Positions 1 to 11,847 of a stretch of DNA of 24,518 nucleotides are shown here, one piece after another. The position numbers were made by a program, and so were the translations under genes. Below the pieces are notes generated by a model. It saw only the letters and a list, made by a program, of their open reading frames with translations, searched no databases and was not told the origin of the DNA. The stretch is from Octopus sinensis (Eukaryota): contig NW_021836356.1 in the NCBI RefSeq assembly GCF_006345805.1, positions 1-24,518 on the forward strand, written 5' to 3'. The number at the start of each line of letters is the position of its first letter. Position 1 is the first letter of the stretch.

Positions 1-524
1 CAGATTAGCTTAGTATTCGTCATCCTGCATAGACTAATAACGTACGAAAATGCAAAACTATAATCAATAATCAGTATGTTGTTTCTATGAGACTACACAT
101 TATATTTTAAAATACGAACCAGCGGCCGAGCTTCTATTTAGTTGATCGCTTTGTAGATATAGCCATCAAATTCCCCTAAAAACCAAACCCATCTATTTTA
201 AAATGACATATTGCATGATGTAGACTAGGATGCATTATATCTAAAAGATACAAGACGTGATTGTCATACCTAGAATGTCTTTCATCAAAGGTCTGCTAAT
301 TCATCGGATTATAACATTCAATAAACAACAACGAAATTAGCAACTAACCTAAAATGTCGTGTATTCTGCAATCAGCAAAATCAAAATCAACGGGGCTAAA
401 ATATATTCGTACTTTTCGGAAAAGGAAGTATATCCTTTCTTATCCTCTTTCTGCAAAGAACGTGCGATCACAATAGCGAAACGATAAATCAAAGGCAGTA
501 GAATGCTGCATTTCTATAATGTTT

Positions 525-729
525 TACTCTGTTTTACTTGTTTCAGTCATTTGACTGCAGCCATGCTGGAGCACCGCCTTTAATCGAGCAACTCGACCCC
601 GGGACTTACTCTGTTGTAAGCCCAGTACTTATTCTATCGGTTCTTTTGCCGAAACGCTAAGTGACGGAGGACATAAACACACCAGCATCGGTTGTCAAGC
701 AATGTTAGGGGGGACAAACACAGACACAG

Positions 730-772
<43 letters not shown>

Positions 773-955
773 AATATATATATATACATATATACGACAG
801 GCTTCTTTCAGTTTCCGTCTACCAAATCCACTCACAAGGCTTTGGTCGGCCCGAGGCTATAGTAGAAGACACTTGCCCAAGGTGCCACGCAGTGGGACTG
901 AACCCGGAAACATGTGGTTGGTAAACAAGCTACTTACCACACAGCCACTCCTGCG
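525..955 (-). mobile_element. tRNA-derived SINE, family A (CORE-like, internal CA/TA microsatellite), full length
   Basis: Minus strand begins GCAGGAGTGGCTGTGTGGTAAG (A-box-like) with GGTTCAGTCCC (B-box-like, + 894-904), followed by CORE-like GTGGCACCTTGGGCAAGTGTC (+ 868-888), an internal microsatellite (~731-793) and a 3' tail GGCGGTGCTCCAGCATGG...TGACTGAAACAAGTAAAA. Collinear second copy at 3726-4203. Exact family name (e.g. octopus OR-type) needs a SINEBase/Repbase comparison. Confidence 0.9.
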
Positions 956-2357
956 TGAGCTTATTGTTGTTATTTTGCTGATATTGTCATTGTTACTGTT
1001 GTTTGTTGTTGTTCAATCAATCAATCTCATATCAATTTTTGTTCGAACTGATAGAAGTCATGGCTGCTGTTACCAAAATCTGTTTTCAATAATAATTATG
1101 CCGTTGACTACATCTCCAGTTTCGAGCTAATCGAATTTTCCGTTTTCCGCATGAAACGGAAAATAAGGCTGGAGAAGAAATACCTGTCGCAAAGTGTGTT
1201 TCGTAAAAGATGAAAGTCTAGAGCAAGTATGTTGCGAGTGAAAGAACCTGTTTAAACGAGAATGTAAAAAAGGAGAAAGCAAAGTCTTCAGTGTGAGTAT
1301 GTGGTTTGTAGGGTCGATCGCGTCCTCCGCTTTATTTTATGTTAATCACTCATTCTCATTTAATTGTAAATATTTTAATTGTTTGTTATTCATACGTTTC
1401 GTCTCATTCGATATCCTGACCCCAACGTTTGTTTTGTCTGTCCTCGTATCGTCCCCTCTTTTTCTCAACCTCATGGTTAATAAAGAAATTGACTACATAG
1501 CTTAATTTGACAAAGTTTCGTGGTTTGGAGTTAAATTTAGTTTCTATTTCTTGCATATCTATAAACCATTTGGAGACTTACTCCCTGGTTTGCAAGCATT
1601 TCAGTTTGATTCCTTCATACCTGTAGCATTAACATTTTAGTTCTATTCACTGGTTATTTATAAGTTGTTGATTTTTGGAGAAAGTCCTCTGATGCCAGTC
1701 CACGCAGGCTACAGGTTTATATGAATGAGAAATGTATGAGAATATATAAATATATAATCTCCATAAGAATGAATGATGACCATCGGGTTTACTATGAACA
1801 TAACGGATTCAATTGAAAGTTAAAAATACATAACCTTGATACCCTCTCTGTTAGATTAAATGGAACTCCTACAGAATTCTATCAAAATACATGCGCGCGC
1901 ATACTTAAAAACTCCCTGATGGAGTAGCTCATTTTGGAATAAAATGTTGATCAATGTACATAGTGACAGATGAAGACCAAAATCAGAATCAGAATCATTT
2001 TCAGATAGCTGAAACAATCAAAATCTCTTTCTGATACAAAATGCTACATGCAGTCTGGTTCTGCTCAAAGCACCAGTCTCTTGAATATTCGAGCATTTGC
2101 CGCATGAGGCATACGCACGTCGTCGTCTTAGCTGACACCAGCTCGTTGTATCCCCATATATACTTGATATCAACATGCTGTATCAAGAAACAGTTGGTAT
2201 CACTATATTTATTTATTGAACTGGTCCATTATTACTTAGGCTCCTCCGTACATTACTGGTAATTTTAAATGCAATCTTTGCCCAGAGGAACTCCATTACA
2301 TAATTACTTCAATGTTAAATTATTTAATCTAAGAACCAAACATGCGTTGAAATGTTC

Positions 2358-2393
<36 letters not shown>

Positions 2394-2704
2394 ATTTAAG
2401 TAAATGATACCTTAATTATAATTGCTGTTCCTATAATCTAATTGGCATAATTTTTCAATATTTTTAGCTTACATGAAGAGCTCGAAAGCTAAATGCCAGG
2501 ACGTAGAATTTCTATATTTATTTTTTATTCTTTCGTTACCTGCTGACATTATCATAAGTTCAACTACTAAACTGGCTGTTCTTAGAATATTATATTTCTT
2601 CTTGACTTTATTTTTGTACGCGTTCATATATTAGAAATTGTGTTAGCATAAACTTTTGGTTAAATTGGTTTGATTGGTATTTTGCACCTTTCTCTCATAC
2701 CTAA

Positions 2705-3101
2705 GGAGGAGGGAAGCACTCTGTCGGTTATGACGATGAGGGTTCCGGTTGATCCGAATCAACGGAACAGCCTGCTCGTGAAAAATTAACGTGTAAAATG
2801 GCTGAGCACTCCACAGACTCGTGTACCCTTAACGTAGTTCTCGGGGATATTCAGCATGACACAGAGAGTGACAAGGCTGGCCCGTTGAAATACAGGTACA
2901 ACAGAAACAGGAAGTAAGAGTGAGAGAAAGTTGTGGTGTGAAAGAGTACAGCAGGGATCACCACACCATCCCCTGCCGGAGCCTCGTGGAGCTTTTAGGT
3001 GTTTTCGCTCAATAAACACTCACAACGCCCGGTCTGGGAATCGAAACCGCGATCCTATGACCGCGAGTCCGCTGCCTAACACTGGGCCATTGCGCCTCCA
3101 C
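2705..3101 (-). mobile_element. tRNA-derived SINE, family C, tail type 1
   Basis: Minus-strand head GTGGAGGCGCAATGGCCCAGTG...GGTTTCGATTCCCAGACC has A/B-box-like motifs. The 5' ~200 bp (about 2900-3101) is nearly identical to 21478-21671. The 3' boundary near 2705 is approximate. Confidence 0.85.
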
Positions 3102-3199
3102 TCTCAACCTAAATATACTGGCACAATAGAAACGACCGTCGGTAATGTATTCGGTAATGTCCAAACTTAAGAACGAGAAAGGGGGAGAGGGGAAGGGAG

Positions 3200-3206
3200 A
3201 GAAAGT

Positions 3207-3253
<47 letters not shown>

Positions 3254-3292
3254 CGGGTGCGTGAGTAAATGAGTGAGTGAGTGAATGATTGA
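3200..3292. repeat. (GA)n / (GAGT)n microsatellite
   Basis: Direct inspection. Confidence 0.9.
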
Positions 3293-3725
3293 GAGATACA
3301 TGACTATATCGACGGAAAGGAGGTAGAAGGAGGATGCGCAAAGTAGACGCCTACAAATAAAATATACGATTATACGGAACAAGCTTGCAATATTAGACAA
3401 ATCGCCATATTGTGCATTCTTTTAAAGTACATAGTGGAAAATATAAACTAAAGAAGAACACAGTGTTTCTGAAGAAAAATTGATGAGATGGCCGTGACTT
3501 CATTAAGGCCGACACCAATAAAATAGATTGAGCAGATGTCCAGACATGATAAAAGTCAATATATATTAATACAAAAAAACAATATAACAGATGTTTCCAA
3601 GACAATCGCAATACAATTCAGTTTGCCTGAAGAGACATCTGTTAACGTTTTTAGTGTAAATGTTAGTGGAAAGTATTTTTTTGAAGTACAACTGTACAAA
3701 TAATATATACTCTTTTTTACCCTTC

Positions 3726-3948
3726 TACTCTTTTACTTGTTTCAGTCGTGTGACTGTGGCCATGCTGGAGCACCGCATTTTAGTCGAGCAAATCGACCCC
3801 AGGACTTATTTTTTTGTAAGCCTAGTATTTATTCTATCGTTCTCTTTTTGCAGAACCGCTAAGTTACGGGGACGTAAACACACCAGCATCTGTTGTCAAG
3901 CGATGTTGGGAGGACAAACACAGACTCACAAACATACACGCGCACACA

Positions 3949-3996
<48 letters not shown>

Positions 3997-4007
3997 ACCA
4001 CACACAT

Positions 4008-4039
<32 letters not shown>

Positions 4040-4203
4040 CGACGGGCTCTCTTTCATTTCCGTCTACCAAAAATCCACTCACAAGGCTTTGGTCGGCCTT
4101 GTCCTATAGTAGATGACACTTGACCAAGGTGTCACGCAGTGGGAATGAACCCGGAACCATGTGGATCATAAGCAAGCTACTTACCACGCAGCTACTCCTA
4201 CGC
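3726..4203 (-). mobile_element. tRNA-derived SINE, family A, full length
   Basis: Collinear with 525-955 along its whole length: B-box-like GGTTCATTCCC (+ 4141-4151), CORE-like block, expanded internal (CA)n(TA)n at ~3935-4040, same 3' tail. Confidence 0.9.
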
Positions 4204-4857
4204 GCCTATATATATATATGTATTAAATTATATTTTATGGTAGAAGTGGAAGTAGATAAAAGTATAAATAATGGCTCGTGGAATATTAGATTTAGGAATA
4301 CCTCTTGGACAGAACAACAAGAACAAAAAAAAATAGCAGTTGCCTGTGGGGCCTGAAACAACGTATTTCATGAAACAAGACAGGCATGGAACCATTTTAC
4401 CAAAGCAATACTTCGGGCTTGTTTCAAACATTTTAGAAGCTTACCTGCGAAAGTTGTAAGATATTTAAATTATAAAACTTTAGAAACTTAGAAAAATAAA
4501 AGAAATTATTTTTAACGCATAGGCGTTAACTTTTTTCCCATCCAAGGCTTTTTTCCCAATATCCTATACGCTATTATTTATAGCGTCATATACTTCCGAG
4601 TTCCACCGTAGAAATAACTTACTTAAGAACACGATTATGCAAAAAACATTAGAGAATAAGACCGATTGCATGCAGTAGTTGTTCTCGTCTTCTACTTCCG
4701 CGTTCAAATCCTTCGAAGTCAACTTTGGTTTTCAACGTTGCTAATTAAACTACCAGATATGCAATGAGGTAGGTTTCATCGACTAGCTTATTTTTTCCTA
4801 TTTTTCCCGAATTATTGGAATAGTGGTTAAATTCGAAACAATATATATATATATATG

Positions 4858-4903
4858 TTTTTCAGTTTCAGCTCTTGAGCTGTGGCCATGCTGGGGCACC
4901 GCC
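4858..4903 (-). mobile_element. Isolated ~45-nt SINE/LINE 3'-tail fragment
   Basis: Minus strand GGCGGTGCCCCAGCATGGCCACAGCTCAAGAGCTGAAACTGAAAAA, homologous to the family A 3' terminus, flanked by TA repeats. Confidence 0.75.
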
Positions 4904-4924
4904 ATTATATATGCATATATATAT

Positions 4925-4973
4925 TTTTTTTTCTAGTTTCAGCTCAGAGCTGCGGCCATGCTGATGCACCGCC
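4925..4973 (-). mobile_element. Isolated ~45-nt SINE/LINE 3'-tail fragment, second tandem copy
   Basis: Minus strand GGCGGTGCATCAGCATGGCCGCAGCTCTGAGCTGAAACTAGAAAAAAAAA, same 5' start point as 4858-4903. Confidence 0.75.
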
Positions 4974-4974
4974 G

Positions 4975-5042
<68 letters not shown>

Positions 5043-5185
5043 TATATTAATATATATATATATATAATTCTTGTAGTAAATATACACACACTGCATTTTG
5101 TATGTATGTATGTATGTATGTATGTATGTATGTATGTATGTATGTATGTATGTATGTATGTATGCATGTATGCATGTATGCATAC
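4975..5185. repeat. (TA)n followed by (TGTA)n microsatellites
   Basis: Direct inspection. Confidence 0.95.
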
Positions 5186-5845
5186 ACATATAAATATATA
5201 CGTGCATGTATATATACGTGCACATAAATGATAGGAGAGTGAGAGAAAGAGAGGCGTTGGAGAGTTTAATTTAATTTTGTGTTGTGATCTAAGGTCGACA
5301 CAAGAACTATTTTTTACGTACCGCAGCACTGCGTATGAATTCTCGCATCTTTCATCATGTATGTGAAGGGAATGTCTTTAGAGCTGTATGTATGAACCAA
5401 TGCGTCTGTAAATGTATAGGGACTGTGTGTGTGTGTGTGTGTGTGCATATCTATGTGTATGTGAGCATGTGTGTCCGTCTGTTTGTCTGAAAGAGAAAGA
5501 GGGATAGAGAGGGAGAAGGAACAAGAGGTTGAGAGAGCTTGGTGGAAGTATTGTGTGTTTGATTGTTTAATGTGACTATAACTTGTATGTCTGTGTTTGT
5601 TGTTTGTGAGAATAGTTTTAGCCTTGTATATGCGAGCGAAAATCTTCTATTGTTATTAAGGTCGGGAAAGGGAGGCTGGTACAAGAAAGCTATAAATTGA
5701 ACTGTCTTTGATCTTAATAACAGCAGACATATTTATTCTATTTAAGAAACAGAAATCAAAAGCTTATTTGACTTTATCTAACCAGTATTTATTTCACACA
5801 CATATCACTTATTCTCATTTTTTTTTACTTCTTCATTTTTATAAC

Positions 5846-5880
<35 letters not shown>

Positions 5881-5887
5881 GTCGTCG
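5846..5887. repeat. (TCA)n microsatellite
   Basis: Direct inspection. Confidence 0.95.
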
Positions 5888-6283
5888 ATAAAATTAAAAT
5901 TAGGAATAATTTTGTGAAAAGGAGGGAATATTTATATTTTAATAGAAAGAAAAGAGAAAAAGTATGTTTAGGTATTTATATTCTTTGATTTATATAAATT
6001 TATATATGTAAATTTTCCCCAGCATTTCCTTTATAATTTTAAGAGCTGATTTCTTGATATTCTTTTCCATTTCATAATTTCTGTCTGTATTTTATGTATT
6101 CCCCATATAACACTTTATTTATTTATTTATTTGAATTGATTGTCGCTGTTTTGTGATTGTTACGCTAATGTTTCAGAAACTGTTATTATTTTTGTGTATG
6201 TAACTTTTAAATATTTTAAAATTATTTTTCGCCTTCCAGTTGGGTTCATATTATTAATTTTGTGCAACACTGTAATGTTGATG

Positions 6284-6300
6284 TATTATTATTATTATTA

Positions 6301-6346
<46 letters not shown>
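6284..6346. repeat. (TTA)n microsatellite
   Basis: Direct inspection. Confidence 0.95.
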
Positions 6347-6348
<2 letters not shown>

Positions 6349-6639
6349 TTTTGTTTTCGTTCTTTATTTCTTGATACTAACTTTTCTTTATTATTATGTA
6401 AAATTTTATGTTTCGATAATCTTAATTGCTGCTAGAAACAGCAATCTTTTCGTAATCAATACAAATCTATAAATAAGTAAGGCAAACTAAAACATTTTAA
6501 TCGAAAAAATATGTATATAATATCCAAGTGAAACTCATCATTCTCCTTCATGTTTTCGCTAAATATGTAATAACATGCGTCTTCTCAATTTTATTTTTCT
6601 TCCATTTTTACACGCAATCTCTTTATTCATTCCGAGCTT

Positions 6640-7095
6640 CTCCACCTGCTGCTGCTGCTGCTGCTTCTCCTCCTCCCCATCCACCCTTCCTCCACCATCT
6701 AACCCCTTTCCCCCTCCTTCTCCTCCCCATCCTCCTCTTGTTCCTCATCATCTTCCCCATCTTCTTCCTCCATTTCTTCCTCCTCTTGTTCCTCATCTTG
6801 TTCCTCATCTTCCCCTCCTCCACATCATCATAATCAGCTGTGTCCTATTCCTCTGCCTTCTCCACTTCCTCCTCCTCCTCCTGACCATCATCTTCCACCT
6901 CCGCCTCCTCCTCATTATCATCATCATCATCATCTCCATCCCTTTCTCTTCCTCCTTCTCCTCCTCCTGATCATCATCATCATCTTCCACCTCCTCATCA
7001 TTATCATCATCAGCATTATCTTCTTAGCTTCTCTTCCACTTCCTCCTCCGCCTCCTCCACCTCCCCCTTCTTCTCTTCCTTCTCACCCTCTCTTT
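6640..7095. repeat. Pyrimidine-rich degenerate trinucleotide tract (CCT/CTT/CAT)
   Basis: Low-complexity tract that explains the overlapping ORFs on both strands at 6528-6990. Confidence 0.85.
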
Positions 7096-7679
7096 ATTTC
7101 CATTAAGCGGATTCTTAGAACATGTAAGAACACCTCTCATTAACCATCTTCTTACTTCGTTTTACGTTCAGCGTTCCAGTTCCGCATCGTACAAATCATG
7201 TCGACTTTTCTCGAAAAGGATTCGTTGAAACAAACCACGGACCAAATGTTTGCGTCAATCCAGTTGTCTACAGCGGTCCTAGAACGCATCAACACGAACA
7301 TATAATAGCACTAGTAATCACTATCATTTGTTATTTCAATAATCTTCGTTAATCTTGCCAATTCTGACCATCACCAGCCTCCTTTAGCTTACATCATTTT
7401 TTTTCTCCTTTTGATATTGTAATTATAAATGATTAGTGGAACCTTAATTGGTCAATGCTCATTCTCTGGGAATTTTAAAGAATGGAATCGGAGGACGAGA
7501 AAGATTTAGCTATTATTGCTAAGAGGTCTAACTATGAAGTCCTAACTATGAAGTACAAAGCAGATAATACTAAGTGTGTAAGTATCCGCTCAAAAACAAG
7601 TTTTCACTTGTTGGTATTGTTTAACCCTCTGCAACCTTGGTCGAGTAAAGGAATTGCGATCGAATACGAACTTCCCAAT

Positions 7680-8428
7680 ACATACATACACACATACATG
7701 TATACATACATACATACATACATAATACATACATACATACATCATACATACATCATACATACATACATACATACACACATACATATATACTTACATGCTT
7801 ATATTCAAGCATACATACATACATATATACACACACATACATACATACATCATACATACATACATACATACATACATACATACATACATACATACATACA
7901 TACATACGTACATACATACATCATACATACATACATACATACATATATCATACATACATACATACATACATACATACATCATACATACATACATACATCA
8001 TACATACATACATCATACATACATCGTACGTACATACATACACACATACATATATACTTACATGCTTACATTCAAGAATACATATATACATACATACATA
8101 CATACTACACACATACATACATACATAATACATACATACATACATACATACATACATACATACATACATACACACATACATACAAATATACTTACATGCT
8201 TACATTCAAGCATACATACATACATACATACATACATACATACATACATACATACATACATACATACATACATCATACTTACATCATACATGCATATATC
8301 ATACATACATCATACATACATACACACATACATACATATATACTTACATGCTTACATTCAAGCATACGTACATACATACATACATACATACATACATACA
8401 TACATACATACATACATACATACATACA
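7680..8428. repeat. (CATA)n array with a recurring higher-order motif
   Basis: About 750 bp of CATA/CAT units; TACTTACATGCTTA(C/T)ATTCAAG recurs four times (TTACATG at 7791, 8058, 8192, 8344). Confidence 0.95.
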
Positions 8429-8540
8429 GGCAAAAATACTCTGTTGTTGATGTTGAAATTCCAATGAGGGAGCCTTGGATCTAGGTTAGAAACCGGTTCT
8501 TTCTGTATTGGCAAGAAATCTTGAAATAAAACTGAATAAG
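8429..8540 (+). mobile_element. 3' UTR terminus of R4/Dong-like RLE LINE (family alpha), fragment 1
   Basis: Shares GTTAGAAACCGG...TATTGGCAAG...GAAATAAAACTGAATAA with the 3' ends at ~9225-9280 and ~17265-17314, both of which follow RLE-coding sequence. Confidence 0.75.
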
Positions 8541-8648
8541 GGCATACATACATACAAACATATATAAGTATATACAAAGGTACGTACATGCAAAGATACA
8601 TACATACATACATACATACATACATACATACATACATACATACATACA

Positions 8649-8679
<31 letters not shown>

Positions 8680-8722
8680 CATACATACATACATACATAC
8701 ATACATACATACATGCATACAT

Positions 8723-9280
8723 AGACCTGATATAATGATTTGGGATAGAGAGGAGAAACTGAGTACAGTTATTGAAATCAGTTGCCCAGTGGATGTTAAC
8801 ATAAGGCTGAAGATAAGGGAAAAAGAGAACACCTATGCTGAACTATTGTGAAATCTGCAGTTACTTTATCCCGGTTACAAGTTCAGATTTATACCTGTCA
8901 TTATTGTGACACTTGGATATGTGACACACTTGCGAAATTAGGCGTCTTAAACCAGAAAGGAGAAAGCTGATTCGAAGACCACAGATCCAATCCATCACTG
9001 GAACTATAAAAATCTGTAAAACTTTCCCATACGTTTATCATTTAAGTATATATGGGCATGTCTAGATATCTCACTATATGCATGAGAATTCTTACATGAA
9101 GCAAAATATACAAATCTGTACGTATACATACATACTTGCATGCATGCATACATACACACATGCATGCTTGCATACATATGTACATACATACATACAAAAA
9201 TACAATGAAAGAACATGGGGGTCTAAGTTAGAAACCGGCTTTTTGTCTATTGGCAAGCGTCATGAAATAAAACTGAATAA
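8723..9280 (+). mobile_element. 5'-truncated R4/Dong-like non-LTR retrotransposon (restriction-like endonuclease domain plus 3' UTR), family alpha
   Basis: From 8723 the sequence translates RPDIMIWDREEKLSTVIEISCPVDVNIRLKIREKENTYAELL*NLQLLYPGYKFRFIPVIIVTLGYVTH, then after an indel ...KLIRRPQIQSITGTIKICKTF. This is a PD..E-type RLE signature with the IPVI.G.LG-like and C-terminal Q...GT motifs of R4-like elements. Disabled by a stop codon and a deletion. Confidence 0.85.
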
Positions 9281-9517
9281 TACACAGACACACACACACA
9301 CACACATAAATACACGCATACACGCATACATTCATACATACATATATACATACATATATACATACATACATACATATATACATACATACATACCACATAC
9401 GTACGTACGTACATACATACATACATACATGCATGCATACATACGTACATACATGCATGCATACATACGTACATACATACATCCATACATACATACATGC
9501 ATACATACATACATACA

Positions 9518-9549
<32 letters not shown>

Positions 9550-9555
9550 CACATA
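9281..9555. repeat. (CA)n/(CATA)n degenerate array
   Basis: Direct inspection. Confidence 0.9.
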
Positions 9556-9862
9556 TAAGGCAGTAGGGCGTGATTTAATAGATATTTGGTTACTATAGCA
9601 ATATGATTTAACAACATGTAGAATCTCACTTTTTTGCTCCAACGTATGTACACGCATGCATTATACAGATAAGTCTGATATGAGGAGCATTCTGAGACTT
9701 ACTTCTAGCAGCTTGAGGTAACACGTAGACGACAGCGTAGTAACCGCTCCGTATTAATAGCTGGAGTAGCAGTAATACAAAAATGACTTCGTGTAATATA
9801 GTTCACGCTTGTGAGTGAATACTAAGCAGCAAAATAGTTATACTAGCGCAGCTGTAGGAATG

Positions 9863-9920
9863 CATAAGTCATAAGTCATAAGTCATAAGTCATAAGTCAT
9901 AAGTCATAAGTCATAAGTCA
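9863..9920. repeat. Perfect (CATAAGT)8 heptamer tandem repeat
   Basis: Eight exact units plus CA. Confidence 0.95.
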
Positions 9921-10164
9921 ACAGGTTAGAGATTTCAAAAAAAAAAAAAAAAATGATGCTGCAAGATAATTCGTATTAAAAAGAAATCGTAATTAAAATT
10001 GATAAAATATATTTTTTTACAAAATCATTATTATGAATGATTACTCTCATTAGCTGCACTTCACACATCGCAGGGTGCTAAATGTTAATGAGAATTTCAG
10101 AAATAAAGATAGAAATTTTGTAAGATTTATTGCGGCACTAATGTGTATTATTAGTTTAATAGTA

Positions 10165-10206
10165 AAACAAAACAAAACAAAACAAACAAAACAAAACAAA
10201 ACAAAA
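10165..10206. repeat. (AAAAC)n microsatellite
   Basis: Direct inspection. Confidence 0.9.
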
Positions 10207-10399
10207 AGAAATTCCAGATATTCTGCAATTAAGAGGAAGGTTGTGAATACTTGAATTCCTTTGTTTTAGAATATCACCTGCTCTATCGTAAATATATATA
10301 TTCGCTCGCACAGTCGTAGTGTTTACTCGCCATCTTTTATCATTATCTTCCTTCCTTCCGTCTTTCCTCCTTCCCTCCCCCTCCGTCCCTCCTCCTCCT

Positions 10400-11622
10400 C
10401 ACCACCACCACCACCAGCACCACCAGCACCAGCACCACCAGCACCACCAGCACCAGCAGCAGCAGCAGCACCACCACCACTACCACCACCAGCACCACCA
10501 GCACCAGCACCACCAGCACCAGCACCACCACCACCACCACCACCAGCACCACCAGCACCACCAGCACCAGCACCAGCACCACCAACCACCACCACTACCA
10601 CCACCAGCACCACCAGCACCAGCACCACCACCACCACCACCAGCACCACCAGCACCAGCACCACCACCACCACCACCACCAGCACCACCAGCACCACCAG
10701 CACCACCAGCACAGCACCACCAGCACCACCAACCACCACCACTACCACCACCAGCACCACCAGCACCAGCACACCACCCTACCACCACCAGCACACCACC
10801 AGCACCAGCACCACCAGCACCAGCACCACCACCACCACCACCACCAGCACCACCAGCACCACCAGCACCACCACCACCACCACCAACCACCACCACTACC
10901 ACCACCAGCACCACCAGCACCACCAGCACCAGCACCACCACCACTACCACCACCAGCACCACCAGCACCAGCACCACCAGCACCAGCACCACCACCACCA
11001 CCACCACCAGCACCACCAGCACCACCAGCACCAGCACCACCAGCACCAGCACCACCACCACTACCACCACCAGCACCACCAGCACCAGCACCACCAGCAC
11101 CAGCACCACCACCACTACCACCACCAGCACCACCAGCACCACCACCACCAGCACCACCAGCACCACCACCACTACCACCACCACCACCAGCACCAGCACC
11201 ACCACCAGCACCAGCACCACCACCACCAGCACCAGCACCACCAAAACCACCAGCACCACCAGCACCAGCACCACCACCACCAGCAGCAGCAGCAGCACCA
11301 CCACCACCACCACTACCAGCACCAGCACCACCAGCACCAGCACCACCACCAGCACCAGCACCACCACCACTACCACCACCAGCACCAGCACCACCAGCAC
11401 CACCACCACCACCACTACCACCACCAGCACCACCAGCACCAGCACCACCACCAGCACCAGCACCAGCACCACCAAAACCACCAGCACCACCACCAGCACC
11501 ACCACCAGCACCACCACCACCAGCACCACCACCACCAGCACCAGCAGCAGCAGCACCACCACCACCATCACCATCACCACCACCACCACCACCACCACCA
11601 CCACCACCACTACCACCACCAT
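10400..11622. repeat. ~1.2 kb compound (CAC/CAG) trinucleotide array
   Basis: Almost entirely CAC, CAG and occasional TAC units with phase slips. Confidence 0.95.
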
Positions 11623-11846
11623 CACGAGCGTCGTCGTCGACTTCCTGATTGCCATTGTCGTTTTCATCATTTCCAATATTCTTGTCTTCATCGTTTACAG
11701 CATCATCGTAACCACCGTGTATGTATATCATGTGTCCGGAAATTTCAGGCTAGGCATGGTTTTCTGGTTAAGAAGTCCGCTACTCCGGGCTTACCAATAC
11801 ATTGTTAGTGAATTTGTTAGCTGGAAACAGTGTGGAAGCTCGTCGT

Positions 11847-11847
<1 letters not shown>

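Noticed and set aside
115-335. Possible ancient SINE-like repeat with an AAC tail remnant
   Set aside because: Resemblance is from recall only, and the similarity to the reverse complement of about 13535-13575 is too weak to support from the window.
895-955. tRNA-like sequences here and at 3030-3101, 4140-4203, 13011-13100, 20825-20905, 21600-21671
   Set aside because: These are SINE heads fused to repeat bodies, with imperfect cloverleafs; not tRNA genes.
873-1130. 85-aa ORF and the similar ORF at 4120-4356
   Set aside because: Both start inside the antisense strand of SINE A heads and run into unrelated flanks.
1194-1295. Possible minus-strand hammerhead (CTGAAGA at 1285-1291, CGAAAC at 1198-1203)
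   Set aside because: The 10.1-11.1 pair is a C-C mismatch, there is no stem III or GUH triplet after GAAAC, and no stem I.
2001-2262. GC-richer unique segment with overlapping short ORFs and a possible TTTTCAG acceptor
   Set aside because: All three frames hit stops shortly after the acceptor and there is no recognisable protein motif; it cannot be supported as an exon without transcript data.
3628-3680. CTGAAGAG core-like motif on the + strand (also TCATCAG at about 7007)
   Set aside because: No correctly paired stem II, GAAAC or cleavage triplet; the 7007 hit lies in a CAT repeat.
6140-6990. Poly-Tyr, Pro/Leu-rich and Arg/Lys-rich ORFs
   Set aside because: Products of (TTA)n and CCT/CTT low-complexity tracts, with no domain signature.
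7198-7305. 35-codon ATG ORF (MSTFLEKDSLKQ...)
   Set aside because: Too short, no motif, no splice or promoter support.
7482-9657. Long HTYI / MYVC-rich ORFs on both strands (also 13552-14411, 4868-5329, 18821-19483, 11802-12143)
   Set aside because: Pure translations of (CATA)n, (CA)n and (TA)n, which lack stop codons; only the RPDI segment at 8723 onward is real, and it is transposon-derived.
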